Of a stretch of 64,000 nt of DNA, positions 13,131 through 28,105 are shown piece by piece; the first letter of the stretch is position 1, and the number at the start of each line of letters is the position of its first letter. The notes under the pieces are model-generated. The model had not been told where the DNA came from, searched no databases, and was given only the letters and a program-made list of their open reading frames with translations. The stretch comes from the human T2T-CHM13v2.0 reference genome, Homo sapiens, in assembly GCF_009914755.1 (NCBI RefSeq), contig NC_060936.1; one strand, given 5' to 3'. Position numbers and translations under genes: made by a program.

Positions 13131-16100
13131 CCAAGACTGCTCGCCATGTGTTCACCGAGCCTTGTGTATTGAGACTGACTTGGAACAGATCTTTCCAAGC
13201 CAGTGTATCAGGCCACTAAATCTGTCACTATGGGTTTGCCTAAATCACTCAGACTATGTCTATTTTCACACGAAATGGCTCTTCTAGTCCTAATTTAACT
13301 TTAGTTTAAATTAATATAAAACATCAGAATTTCTGAACTAGAAACAATGTTAATAACCATCTAAAAGGTAGGAGATGACTCAAATAAGTGGGGCTCTGGA
13401 TTTTACTTCTTTACTTCAGAACAATCCTACTTTTATCCATTTTGTATATTGGGATTCCAGGAGTGATCTCTTTTGAAGAAAGTTCTGCTGCATAAAAATC
13501 AAGTGTAAGGAGCAATGAATTTTAATCCAAGCTTCTCATCTTACATATAAGGACACTAAGGCTCTAGGTCACCCTTAATTTTGACAAGCCCAGTTCTCTG
13601 CCTCTGTCTGATGTTCTTTCTCCTATATCACAATGTACATGTGCTGTGTTTGTCTTAAAGACCTCAGAGAGCAGAATCTATCCAAGTGGTAAAAATACTG
13701 GCAGCCAAGAATGGGTCTACCTACCACCTGGTAGTTTACATGCAAAGGGGAATAAAGGAAGCCAAATGACTGTAAGTTTCTTGCATAATCCACACCAGAA
13801 AGCATTGCCTACAGACTGTAACTGCCCGCTATTGACTCTGTTGCTTCATGATGAATGCTGGATGAAACATCTTCAAATTCTACCTGATTTATGTATGATG
13901 TCAACATGACTTAAGGTAAGGGCAAAATATGTGTTTTATTTTCCTTACTTGGATTCCCATTAATATATTAAACACTTTCACCATTAATAACAGTTCATTG
14001 GCATTTTAGCAGATCTACAGAACTGTGATTCATGACTACTGTCACTTCATCTTGAATTTCATCAGTTAAAGTAAATTTGCTTTCAATTAGTTGTTTTAGT
14101 TTTATAAATGATCAAAAATCAATTTTGATTACAATGACAGTCGTAGGCCACATATCACTCTGCGAACCTGCATAATATGCACTAAGCTTTACTCTTCTCA
14201 TTCTGTAATTTATGCTTTTATGTAAAATCATAGCATTCTGAGAAGTGCCCAAGAAATGTGATATTACAGGTAATTCATAATGTCTAGAAGTAGGCATTTA
14301 GTAATCAGATTTTCCATTTGGCTGATGGATAATGCAATTTAATTTTTCAAGGGAAAATAATTCTAAGTAGAGATGGCAGATTTAAGCAGAAATAGAAATT
14401 ATATTATTTCCTTAAGAGTAAGTAAGTATACATAGAGGGAGGGAAAAGAGAAAACATGTCTTCATGGACTAGGATGTCATTATACTCTTGTCATTATACT
14501 CTTGTCATTGTCATTACAAAACAACAGTGCAGGCTCACACCTTCAATGTTTGGTAGGGCGGCTGTAAGTCACACTTACTTAGTTTTGTTCACTGGAATCA
14601 GAGATGGTGTCAAAGCAACGTGGCAAGTCAGGTCGAGCCTGCGGGATGGTATTTTGAGCCCATGTGGAAGACTTAATGAAATGTGCAGAATTTTAATCTT
14701 TTGCAAATTCCAGCGAGAACACTAAACTAAAACACGACTAATGACAAGTTCATTACCTCACATTCGAGGTACATAAGGCAGATAATTTCATACGGCTTTG
14801 CTAAATGCCTTTAAATTCCTGGCAAAACAAAAGCACAACCTGCATGTCATGCAGTCACTCTACGCAACGCCAATAAAACTATAGTCAGTGCTGCCTACCA
14901 GGTAGCAATCTGTCATTCTTGCTCTAAACCCTATTGAAAGGCTGTGCAAAGCTTTGTAATCCTGTAACACGTGGAGGAGGATGTGCTGGAAACAGAAGGG
15001 GCTGGGAAGCTGGTCCAGGGACTGAGTCACACGAGGGCAGTCTGGAAACAAAGTTTGTATGCACACGGAGGACAGCTTAAGACATTGGTAGGGAAGGGGG
15101 TGGAGCCTTTAACTTCTTATGTAACTAAGTCATGGAGCTGCTCCATTGAAAACAAGAAAAATACAATAACCACTAATAGTCATTTGTCCTTGAAAACTGT
15201 AGCCACTAGTGAGAACATAGATTTTTTTAATTCTATCTGGTGACCTGCAATCAATACAGATCCTGCTCCTATCTCATTCAAGCTGCCCCTTTCCTATGCT
15301 TCAGATGTCCATCTCTGGATCTTTGCAGTCGCTGCTTCCCACTTTATGGAGCTTCAACAGCAGCAATGCTGATTATTCACACATGCTCCCCCTGATACTT
15401 AAAAGCCAGGCTCTAGCTTTTATGTGATTATTTGTTGACAGCAGTGTCAACATGTATCTCATTTTGAAAAAAATCTAAATCAAGATCTCTTAAGAAATAA
15501 TTTGATATTATTCAAGACCTTCCTCCCATCTCTTCTCGGAATGTGTTAATATACAAGAGCAATACATGTTTTGCTCTTTAGTATTTGTTTGGTGTTTCAC
15601 TTGCCCATTCACTCCTTCAAGAAACATTACTGCATACGCATTATACCCTAGGCTCTGTGCTGAACACTGGAGGTATAAAGAGAGTGAACGATTCAAACAG
15701 CCCCAGAGCAGAGAGAAGTGCATGACTAATTATAATGTAATTTAAAGGCCTTACGGGATCATCCCCAGCACTGTGAAACTGGAGGAAGAAGCAGCATTCA
15801 AGTGAGTGAATGTGTATTTGGACTGAGCAAAGGGAATATTCTTCAAGAGAGATTCAAAAGGCTTCTGAACGAGATGAGTCATAAAGGACAGCCAAGGCCT
15901 TATCCAGGTGAGCAATTTCTAGAAGGTGCAGCAAAACCTGGAGGCATCAGAGAGCAGAACACAACTGCAGAACAGAGGACCCCAAGTGGCAGAGGCAAAG
16001 GTGAGTATGATGGTGAGTAACTGGAACAGTAAGGAATTTAACAGTAGAGAAAAGAAACACGTCGACAACACGGCCAATGCTCTCCAAGTTTAAGTTTGGT

Positions 16101-17029
16101 TAAATATAAACACAGACGTGCTTTTCTTTGTTGCTTTAAAAGAAGAAAAAGGAAAAACGAAACTGTCATTTGAAAAATTCTTCTCTTAGGAGGTATTTAT
16201 AGAGCAATCTAAGACCCAGGGAGTTATGTGGACAATTAGCTAAATGGGATGAATACTTAACCTCAGAGATTATTACTCATATGCAGAAGTACAGAAGTTG
16301 AAAAGTCAAATCTGTGGTTATGAGGGAATTTTTCCCCTGAGCCATACTGGCAAGAATCTTGAAGGTTTTTTCGGTGGCTGTTGTTGGCCTCTTCTTCAAT
16401 TTATCAGAGCACTTTGTAGAAAACATCCATGCTCCCATGTCATGCCAAAAGTAATGAAATGTAAAACATGATGCAATTCTATGCTTTTTCCTTAATAATT
16501 ACTGAAATTTATTTTTCTTGGAGAAACAGACAATCTAGGAGCTTAGCTGACAGCCTCAATTTGCCATCTTGTAAGAGTAATTTTGAGACTTTAAGTTCCA
16601 TGCACATAGGCATGAGATAACTGAGACGTGCTCTTCGATTCTGAAGGGATGGTCCTTTGTTACTAAACAATTTGTAGCACATTTGGTAGTTCTGGTTTGT
16701 GGTTAGTTCAGAACCACTGTTTCCACCTGTCCTGTGATTGCATGCCTTTGTTTCTTTGTTTAGTATGAGGTTCTGAATATATCATTTAGTTTTTTGTGTT
16801 AACTACCATTATACTTTACTACCAACGGTGAAAAAAGAAATTATTCATTTCTTATTGGCCATAAGCACTAATTTATAGAGGGAGTATATAAAGTTAGGGA
16901 GAAAAGGTTTTTTCCCCGTCTCCCATCCTCTGCTTAAACTATATATTTTACTTTTAAACTTTTTTACATGGTCTCACATTTACACTGAATATTTGTTTTG
17001 ACTTTTTTTTTTTTTTCATTTGTTTTGAC

Positions 17030-17341
17030 TTCTTTTTTTTTCAGATGGGGTCTCACTCTGTTGCCCAGGCTGGAGTGCAGTGGTGCTATCATGGCTGACT
17101 GCAGCCTCAACCTCCCTAGGCTTAAGGCATCTTCCCACCTCAACCTGTAGCTGGGACTACAGACATGTGACACCATGCCCGATTAATTTGTTTGTTTGTT
17201 TGTTTGTTTGTTTGCATTTTTTTGTAGAGACAGGGATTTGCCATGTTACCAGGCTGATCTCAAACTCCTGGGCTCAAGCAATTCTCACGTCTCAGTGTCC
17301 CAAAGTGTTGGGATTACAGGCGTAAGCCACCATGCCTGGCC
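17030..17341 (-). mobile_element. AluJ
   Basis: Diverged Alu dimer with an expanded (TTTG)n linker. Confidence 0.9.
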
Positions 17342-17473
17342 ACCTTCTTCATTTTTTTGCCCCCTTTTTCTTGAGTAAACCACCAGTACCTAGAATAGCC
17401 CCTGCATATGGCTTGCACTCAATATACACATTAAAGAGTTAATCAAGAACATTTACTTTAGTCACTAACATTC

Positions 17474-17860
17474 TGATATGGTTTGAATTTGTGTCCCCAC
17501 CCAAATCTCATGTGGAATTGTAATCCCCCATGTTGGAGGAAGGGCCTGGTGTCAGGTAATTGCATCATGGGAGCAAACCTCCCTCTTGCTGTTCTCATGA
17601 TAGTGAGTGAGTTCTAAGGAGATCTGTTTGTTTTAAAAAGTGAGTGGCACCTCCCACCCTCACTCTCCTCCTCCTGTTCCCACCATGTAATATGTACTGG
17701 CTTCCCCTTTGCCTTCCGCCATGACTGTAAGTTTCCTGAGGCCTCCCCAGCCATGTCTCCTGTATGGCCTGCAGAACTGAGCGTCAATAAAACCTCTTTT
17801 CTTTACAAACTACCCAGTCTCAGGTAGTTCGTTACAGCAGTGTGAGAACAGACTACTACA
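17474..17860 (+). mobile_element. MSTA/MSTB (ERVL-MaLR) solo LTR
   Basis: Starts tgatatggtttg...ccaaatctcat and ends cagtgtgagaacagactactaca. Confidence 0.88.
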
Positions 17861-18198
17861 TATCCTTTTGGCTTCTATAATCTTACTTTTAAAAATGCTC
17901 TTTCTGAGAACTTTGGTAATGGTTTCCCATCTTACCCCAAAATTGCGTGTTTGGGCTTCTCTTTCAGTCACTTTCAGGTTTGAATGCACATATTTTGTCA
18001 CCATTTCAATTTTGATGAGTTGCATTTCTGCTTTTGCCTCCTAGAGTTTCCTTCCTCAGTGAAAGCTTCAAGATCATGTCTGCCAAACACCCCCACTTAG
18101 ATCTTTATACCAATTCAATAGAGTTCAATTTTTCTCAGCCTAGTGACTACGTTTTCCTTTTCTATTAATCCTTTACAGCCAAATCAAATGAGTTTACA

Positions 18199-18587
18199 TT
18201 TCCTTCCTTCCTTCCTTCCTTCCTTCCTTCCTTCCTTCCTTCCTTCCTTCCTTCCTTCCTTCCTTCCCTCCCTCCCTCCCTCCCTCCCTCCTTCCTTTCG
18301 AGACAGGGTCTCTTTCTACAGTGAAGGCTGGAGTGGAGTGCTGTGGCACAATCATAGCCCACTGCAGTCTCACATTCCTGGCCTCAAGTGTTCCTCCTGC
18401 CTCAGCCTCCTGAGTAGCTGGAACTACAGGTGTGTGCCACCACACTTGCTAATTTTTTTGGTTGTTTTGTGGAGACTGGGTCTTACTATGTTGCCTAGGC
18501 TGGTCTTGAAGTACTAGCCTCAAGTATTGTTCCTGCATCAGCCTCCCAAAGTTTTAGGATTACAGGAATGAGCCATCATGCCCACCT
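18199..18587 (-). mobile_element. AluJ with a tail-derived (TTCC)n/(CTCC)n microsatellite (18199-18298)
   Basis: Alu body at 18298-18587; the microsatellite abuts its 3' end. Confidence 0.9.
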
Positions 18588-18774
18588 AAATGTTTTTATT
18601 TCATACAATCTCCAAGAGGTAACCCTGAAATCTTATTTGGTGTATTAACTGCTACAGAATGTACAATTTGTTTAAGAAAATACTGTATAATTTGTTCAAG
18701 AAAATTTTCCAAAAGGGTCTTTCTTTCTTATCACTATGGGCACACTTCTCTTAAAAATTTCTAAACTCCTGATT

Positions 18775-19097
18775 TTTAAAATTTTAATTAAGATAAAATA
18801 CACATATATAATTTACCATCTTTACAATTTTTAAATGTTCAGTTTAATGGTAATAAATACATTTATATTCTTGTTTTTTTCCTTTATCCTCTACTTCCCA
18901 CTCCCTTTCTCGGCCTCTGGTAACCTCTAATCTACTCTCTGTCTTCATAGGATCTACTTTTTTAGCACCTGCATGAGAACATGTGATGTTTGTCTTTCGG
19001 TCCCTGGCTTATTTCACTTAACAAAATGGCCTCCAGTTCCATACATGTTGCTGCAAATGACAGGATTTCATTCTTTTTTATGGCTGAATAGTACCAC

Positions 19098-19142
<45 letters not shown>

Positions 19143-21140
19143 CTTTATGCCACATTCTCTTTATCCATTTATCTGTTGACAGACATTTAGGTTAATTCCA
19201 TATCTTGGCTATTGTGAATACTATTGCAATAAACATGGGAGTGCAGATATCTCTTTGATATACTAATTTTTTTCTTTTGGATATATACCCGGTGGTAGAA
19301 TTGCTGGATCACACGGAAGTTCTAGTTCTACTTTTATTTTTGGAGGACCCTCCATACTGTTCTCCATAGTGGCTGTACTATTTATATTTCAACCAACAAT
19401 ATATGATGGTTCCCTTTCTCCACATCCTCCCAGCATCTGTTATTGCCTGTTTTTTTTTTTTTTTTAATACAAGCCATTTTAACTAGGGCAAGTGGATTTT
19501 ACATTGTGGTTTTGTTTTGCATTTCTCTGATAATTAGTGATGTTGCGCATTTTTTCATGTACCTCCTGGCCATTTGTCTGTCTTCTTTTGAGAAATGTCC
19601 ATTCAGATCTTTTATCCATTTTTAATCAAATTTTTTTTTCTGTTGAGTTTTCTAATCAGGTCTCATGCCCATTTTAAAACCAGATTACTAGATTTTTCCT
19701 ATACAGTTGTTTGAGCTCCTTATAGACTCTGGTTATTAATCCCTTGTCAGATTGATAGTTTGCAAATATTTTCATCCATTCTTTGGGTAATCTATTCCCT
19801 TTGTGGATTGTTTTCTTTGCTGTGGAGAAGCTTTCCAGCTTGACATAATCCCAATTGCCTATTTTTGCTTTGATAGCCTATGCTTTTTCAGGTCTTACAT
19901 AAGAAATCTTCGCTGGCCAGGGACAGTGGCTTATGCTAGTAATCTCAGCACTTTGGGAGGCTGAGACAGGAGGATCCCTTGAGTTCAGGAGTTCGAGACC
20001 AGCCTGGGCAAGATGGTGAGACTCCATCTCTACAAAAAATTTAAAAATTAGTGGAATGTGGTGGCATGCACCTGTGGTTCTAGCTACATGGAAAGCCAAG
20101 GTGGGAGAATTGCTTGAGCCCAGGAGGTCAATGCCACAGTGAGCCAGGTTCATGCCACTACACTCCAGCCTGAATGACAGAATGAGATCTTTGCTTAGAC
20201 CAATGTCCTGAAGCATTTCCTTAATGTTTTCTTCAAGTAATTTCATAGTTTCAGGTCTAAGATTCAAGTCATTAATATACTTTCATTTGATTTCTGTGTA
20301 TGGTAAGAGAAGCGAATCTAGTTTCATTCTTCTGCATATAATTATCCAATTTTCCCAGCACCATTTATTGAAAAGACTGTCTTCCCCGTTACAGTTCTTG
20401 GCACCTTTGTCAAAGATGAGTTGGTTGTAAACATGTGGACTTAGGTATCTGGGTTCTCTATTCTGTCCCACTGGTCTACTATGTCTGTTTTTATATCAGT
20501 ACTATGCTGTTTTGGTTATTATAGTTTTATAATAAATTTTGAAGTAAGGTAGTGTGGTGATTCTAACTTTGTTCTTTTTGCTCAAGATTGCTTTGGCTAT
20601 TTGGGGTCTTTTTAGCTCCATATACATTTTAGGATTGTTTTTTCTATTTCTGTGAAGAAAGTCATCAGTATTTTAATAGGGATTGCATTGAATCTGTAAA
20701 TTGCTTTGTGTAGTATAGTCATTTTAACAAAATTAATTCTTCCAATCCATGAATATGGAATATCTTTCCACCTTTGTGTGTTTTCTTCAATTTTTTAAAT
20801 CATAGTTTTATACTTTTCCTTGTATAGATCTCTCATGTCTTTGGTTAGATTGATTCCTAGGTATTTTATACTTTTTGTGGCTATTATAAATGGGATTGCT
20901 TTCTTGATTTGTTTTTCAGATTGTTCACTGTTAGCATATATAAATTCTACTGATTTTTATATGTTGATTTTATATCCTGCAACTTTACTGAATTCATTTA
21001 TCAGTTCTACAGGTTTTTTGAGGGAGTCTTTAGGTTTTTCTAGGTGTAAGATAATGTCATCTGCTAAGAAAGCTAATTTAACTTCTTCTTTTCCAATTTG
21101 GATGCCCTTTATTTATTTTTCCTGCCTATTTGCCCTGGCC
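18775..21140 (-). mobile_element. L1MA-type fragment (3' UTR plus partial ORF2), interrupted by an Alu and a (GT)n(AT)n repeat
   Basis: ORF2-like peptides ([10 protein letters not shown]...[25 protein letters not shown]). Confidence 0.9.
19915..20188 (+). mobile_element. AluJ lacking an A-tail, nested in L1
   Basis: Alu dimer flanked by gaaatcttcgct / gagatctttgct. Confidence 0.88.
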
Positions 21141-21493
21141 TCTAAACCTCTGTTTTGGAAAAAGGCTTTCATGTAATCTAGCCAGTTATGTATTTTTTGT
21201 TCTATTTGTGTTCTTTATTTGAGCAAAACTGTAATAATTTATTATTTTCAGATTTACTCAGGCAACCTTAAAAAAATTAAAATGCCTAAGCCATCCATGC
21301 AGAAATTTTTATTAGCTACTCTTCAAATTACTTGTAAGTGTTGCTGTGTACAAAGGTAGAAAACAACTCTGACTAAATTTTATTTCTTCCAATATTAAGA
21401 TATTCCTTTACTTAGCTTACAGAAAATTCTCATAGAAAACCTTTGCTGGAGAGCAGAAGTATGGCAGCTCATTGATTAAAAAACCACAATCAA

Positions 21494-21800
21494 GGCCAGG
21501 GTGCGGTGGCTCATGCCTGTAATCTCAGCACTTTGGGAGGCTAAGGTGGGCAAATCACTTGAGGCTAGGAGTTTGAGACCAGCCTGGCCAACATGGCGAA
21601 ACCTCGACTCTACTAAAAATACAAAAATTAGCCAGGCATGATGGTGCATGCCCGTAATCCCTGCTGTGTGGGAGGCTGAGGCACAAGAATCACTTGAACC
21701 CAGGAGGCAGGGGTTGCAGTGAGCTGAGATTGCACCACTGCACCCCAGCCTGAGCAACAGAGTAAGACTCTGTCTCAAAAAAACAAACAGAAACAAAAAC
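21494..21800 (+). mobile_element. AluS
   Basis: Full dimer with A-rich tail. Confidence 0.93.
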
Positions 21801-21894
21801 ACACTTTCTTTCTTTTTAATACTGTAAATTTGGCAGAAAACTTGCTGAGTAAGTCTCTTTTAAAACTGCCTTTTAAACTCTCTTTTAAACTTTT

Positions 21895-22036
21895 ATTTTT
21901 ATTTTATTTCCCTTTTTTTAGAGGAAGGTTCTCACTATGTTGCCTAGGCTAGTCTTGAACACCTGGCCTCAAGCGATCCTCCTGTCTTGGCCTCCCATAG
22001 TGTTGGGATTATAGGTGTGAGCCACTGCACCCAGCC
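21895..22036 (-). mobile_element. FLAM / Alu left monomer
   Basis: Left-arm sequence only, with T-rich tail. Confidence 0.85.
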
Positions 22037-22698
22037 AGAAATGCCATTTTTATCACTACCCAAGGACCTCCATTGCTCTCTGGAGGCCTGTTGCATTCTC
22101 AGCCACCTTTAAGTTTCACTTAGTTTCATGACTTAATGCCATCCGACATCACTCAAATGATCAAACTTTATTTTACTTTTCAATGTAAGTCTCAGGCCCT
22201 CTTGGATATTTTTACTAATTGACAAGGATAGTAACTGGCTTCAACAAAGTCTTCTAACTTGTGAAATGCTTGCAAATTACAGGATAATCTCTTTTCTGAG
22301 TAGCCCAGTGTTATCTGATATTTAGCATGCCTGCTTAACTGCCTGATGAGGCATTACTGTAGATTATTGCTCAGAAAAAAAATAGGCAAAACAAAGTTAG
22401 CAGTATGAAAAAATAGACGTGTATACTCTTTGATCCCAGATTTATCCTTAGGAAGTAATCGAGGATGTACTGTCCATACTAGTGAAAAAAAAATTGCCAA
22501 CAACATAAATGTTCAATAATATAATTTTTTAAAAAAATTATGGTACATCAACATAATGGAATTCAATTAAACTTTATAAATGGTGTTGGAGAAAACTACT
22601 TATTGATATAAAAAAGCAAAGCATTTATTCAGTGAAAAAACATGTAACAAAATTATGTACAATATGATCCCATTTTGTTAGGAAAAAATAACTATCTA

Positions 22699-23069
<371 letters not shown>

Positions 23070-23086
23070 TTAAGACATCAAAAAAT

Positions 23087-23408
<322 letters not shown>

Positions 23409-23756
23409 TCAGTGTTGGAATCACATGCACTGTAATTTTCTTCCTGAAGTTGCTTCTACTTTCAAATTTTTTCTTCCTTTTTTTAACAAAAGTTATGTTA
23501 TCCTTCTTAATGAGATTTTTAAATGTTACCAAAAATTACATCTATTTTTTTATGTTAAGTAATGTGGAGTCCTGAACAATATTTTCTTTCTTTTTTTAAA
23601 ACATACATCTTCTTTCCCATTTCTGCTTTGCTCATGCCCACACATTGTGTTGGGAATATCTTCCTTAAATTTAACTTATTGATCTCAAATTGTATTATTT
23701 AATCCTCTTCATTGAAATATAATTTAGTTGTAAGCTCTGACAGAAATAAGGTGACA

Positions 23757-23800
23757 TAAAAAAAGAAAAGGAAAGAAAAGAAAAGAAAAGAAAAGAAAAG
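23757..23800 (+). repeat. (AAAAG)n microsatellite directly downstream of the exon 10 donor
   Basis: Read directly from the sequence. Confidence 0.95.
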
Positions 23801-23806
23801 CTTTAC

Positions 23807-23881
23807 CTGGATATCAGTTAATTTGCTCAAGATGCGGCTTGCCAGCTTAGGACCATTCTCCATAGTTGGAATGTGTATTGT
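23807..23881 (-). CDS. BCAT1: BCAT1 exon 10 (75 nt), [25 protein letters not shown]
   Basis: Acceptor ttcttttgtag|ACA, donor CAG|gtaaag. Phase 0-0. Confidence 0.98.
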
Positions 23882-24986
23882 CTACAAAAGAAAGGGAAAT
23901 GAGATAATTTGAGGGTACTCATGTATATGGTGATAACAGATAAGACACTCAAGCAATTCTGCTATACTAAGGCAATTCCACTGAAGTTAAGGAATAGCAC
24001 TAAAACCTACTGACTCTGAGTGCTAGCACCTTATGCCAAAGACTTTCATATCCAAAATTTGAATAAAAACTAGCCAATGATAGGTTATACATTGCCTACC
24101 TACCAATTAATTTTAGGGCATAACTGGTTTGTATACCAGCCTTCAGGATCATTTGAAGAACCAAGGAGGAGCTACAGTTACCTAAAATAGTGGCTAAACT
24201 TAAAGAACCCTACCTCTTCCAAGATTCTGAGAATCTGTAAGGATGAATGATTGTCTTCTACATATTAACCCTCTGGCTAATATGAGAACTCAAAGATATT
24301 TTGCCACAGTTTAATGCAAGTCATTCTGGGAGCATAAATTAAAGCAAGTCTATGACTTCATAAAAGGGGCTTCTATACCTATCTCTGGCCCAAGGTAAAC
24401 TTCCAGGGGCCACTACCTCCACAATATTGGATAGCATGATTAAATGCATGGCTGAAAGAGATTTCATGCTTCTAATTTGTATCTGAGTCATGCCTACTCA
24501 TGCCTTGCTGGCTTGCAGGTTTTGATAGTTTGATTTTAGGAGATAGTCTGTGCTCTCAAACACTTTTCATATTATGCCCTTTAGTATAATATGATAATTA
24601 TATATACTTACTTTTTGGCTGTAAATGCTTCCTAAGCCTGGATCATTAAAATTATGCTAAACTTTATAAACTTCTTATTTCTAGAAGTGAAATAATAATT
24701 CAACTTAAAAAAAATCTGGCCTAATGACAACTTCAGTGGATGGATCACATTACCTTGATGCATTATTATCAATGTAAGTATTGACATGAAACAGAACAAT
24801 TCTTCTCCCATGAAACAGTCTATCTGTTGATGCAATTATGTCAAGAGCAATCCCTTAAAAGCAAGTTCTAAAACCTCAACAAATGAAGCAGCCATTATTA
24901 AAGTCAGAGGAGCTGAGCAAAACTCCAATCAGCTGAGGGAAAATAACTCTAAAGTAAAATTTGAAAACCAGTGGAGTTTGCATTTA

Positions 24987-25724
<738 letters not shown>

Positions 25725-26404
25725 TAATATGAATAACTTAAGCCAGTTCACATTATAAGACTAATACTTACATGCCTTTAAGTTATAAAGTTAGATGCCA
25801 ATGTTAATCATAAGTATTGGAGCTTTGTTATAAAGTGAAAAGCAAAACAATTTGACAAGAAAACAAAAGTATGGCACATATAAAATCAGACTAATTTACT
25901 AAGAGAACATTTCTTCCAACCAAATCCTCAAATTCCTTTTGTAAGATTTTAGTAAATGCACCAGGTTTGCCAATGAATAATTCTTGTAAAGTGGTCTACT
26001 TACTATTAATGATAACAGCATTAATAGTAAAAAAAATTCAAGGGATTGACCACTCGAATGCATTTTCCATAACTATTTGCCATTCCTAATCCAGTAGTTT
26101 GGAAGTACTTTTGGTTAACCAGAAACTGAAATGTAACTACCTATAGAGCCTTCCCTAGTGAGCTGGTAGGAAGGAAGAGAGAAGAGTAGAAGACTGTCGG
26201 CATAGCTCCAATCCCGACATGTAGGTAAGACAGATCTTACACGTGTCCAAGGACAAAACTAACTTCCCACCATGTTTAAGCTTACATGAAATCACTGGAA
26301 ACATAGTAGATATATGCTAATACAGTTTCATCTGGATAAACTGTCCCAGTTATTTTTTTTGTAGTGCCAAGTTAAAAAACAAAAACAACAAAAAAAAAGA
26401 CCTA

Positions 26405-26580
26405 GCATGGTGCGGTGGCGCACTCCTGTAATCCCAGCAACTCAGGAGGCTGAAGCAGAAGGATTGCGTGAGCCCAGGAGTTTGAGGCTGCAGTGAGCTA
26501 TGATCACACCAGTGAATAGCCACTGCACTCCAGCCTGGGCAACACAGCGAGACTCCATCTCTTTAAAATAAAGAAAAACA
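26405..26580 (+). mobile_element. FAM (fossil Alu monomer)
   Basis: Monomer retaining the 7SL-like gtgaatagccactgcactccagcctggg segment. Confidence 0.8.
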
Positions 26581-26703
26581 ACAACAACGACAAAACTTTT
26601 GCATCTTGGGTCTGGGTCCAGATACAATTTTATTCATACACTTAAATTAAATGTAATTTAATGTGATTGGAAATGATAGGAAATGAGGAAATACTTGTCG
26701 TAC

Positions 26704-26844
26704 CTCGCCTTTGTACAGTATATCAGAAACTGGGCAAACAACACAGGCTGTACCAGAGCCAAACATCTCTCTCACTCTGTTCCCCTCCAGGGCTGTTGTC
26801 AAGTCATCCATGGTGAGGTATCTCTCTGACACCTTAAATTCACC
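26704..26844 (-). CDS. BCAT1: BCAT1 exon 9 (141 nt), [47 protein letters not shown]; CXXC (C335-C338) at 26734-26745
   Basis: Lies inside ORF 26647..26907. Acceptor atgcag|GGT, donor GAG|gtacga. Contains the EMFGSGTA motif. Confidence 0.98.
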
Positions 26845-27217
26845 CTGCATGGAATATAAAAAATAACAAGTATATTTTAAAGGAAAAGGCATGCAAAACA
26901 ATTGCAATACTTACTGTTCTGCTTAACATTCTGATTGCACTTAGACAAGGTCACAATCATCCTTTAAGGGAAAGCTGGAAGTGGCACACCATCTTACTGG
27001 TGAACACATCGAGGTGTTAAGTAACCTACTTCAAGGTCACAGATTTATATATGAGATTATCAGAATATAAAATATAAGATTATCACCACAAGACACATGG
27101 TATACTTTAACATATGCCTTCTTTTTTGCCTTCTTATTTGTTAACTTGTATAAAGTCTCACAAAATTGATGCATCCCAAATGCTGCTTGATGCATGCTCC
27201 GTGTTAACAGTGTCTTA

Positions 27218-27523
27218 GGCCGGGCACGGTGGCTCATGCCTGTAATCTCTGCATTTGGGGAGGCTGAGGCAGGCAGATTACTTGAGGTCAGGAGTTTGAG
27301 ACCAGCCTGGCCAACCTGGTAAAACCCTGTCTCTACTAAAAATACAAAAATTAGCCAGGCATGGTGGCGGGTGCCTGTAATCCCAGCTACTCAGGAGGCT
27401 GAGGCAGGAGAATCGCTTGAACTCAGGAGGCAGAGGTTGCAGTGAACCAAGATCACGTCACTGCAGTCCAGCCTGGGTGACGGAGTGAGACTCTGTCTCC
27501 AAAAACAAAACAAAACAAAAAAA
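27218..27523 (+). mobile_element. AluS
   Basis: Full dimer; TSD cagtgtctta. Confidence 0.95.
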
Positions 27524-27589
27524 TCAGTGTCTTAAAACCTACTTTACCATAAAGGAGAACAATGTATTATATAATATTAATAATTATAG

Positions 27590-27770
27590 CTACCATTTAT
27601 CAAGCACCCGCTATTATGCCAAGTTCTGTAATTTTAAGGGTGAGTACTATCATCCCCATTTTACAGATGAGGAAACTAAGGTTCAAGGAGGTTGAAGGGC
27701 ATCTCCAGGGCCACAAAGGAAGTAAGTGACAGAAACTCAATTTGAACCCAGGTCTGATCTGATTGGCTCC
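27590..27770 (+). mobile_element. MIR
   Basis: Core ccccattttacagatgaggaaactaagg. Confidence 0.8.
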
Positions 27771-27802
27771 AAATTTGGTATTCTTTCTACGTTTGTCTCT
27801 TT

Positions 27803-28105
27803 CTTTTTTTTTTTTTTTTAAGACAGGGTCTTGCCCTGTCACCCAGGCTGGAATGCAGTGGCATAATCTTGGCTCATTGCAGCCTCGACCTCCCAGGCCC
27901 AAGTGATCCTCCTGTCTCAGTCTCCTGAGCACCTGGGACTACAGGTGTATGCTGCCATGCCCAACTAGGTTTTATATTTTATATTTTATTTTGTAAAGAT
28001 AGGGGTCTCCCTATGTTGCCCAGGCTGGGCTCATGTGATCCTCCCACCTCAGCCTCCCAAAGTGCCAAAGTGCTGGGATTATAGTTGTGAGCCACTGTGC
28101 ACGGC
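27803..28105 (-). mobile_element. AluJ
   Basis: Diverged dimer with T-tail. Confidence 0.9.

Noticed and set aside
26405-26580. Possible 7SL RNA gene
   Set aside because: Lacks the SRP S-domain and has an A-rich tail; better explained as a FAM monomer.
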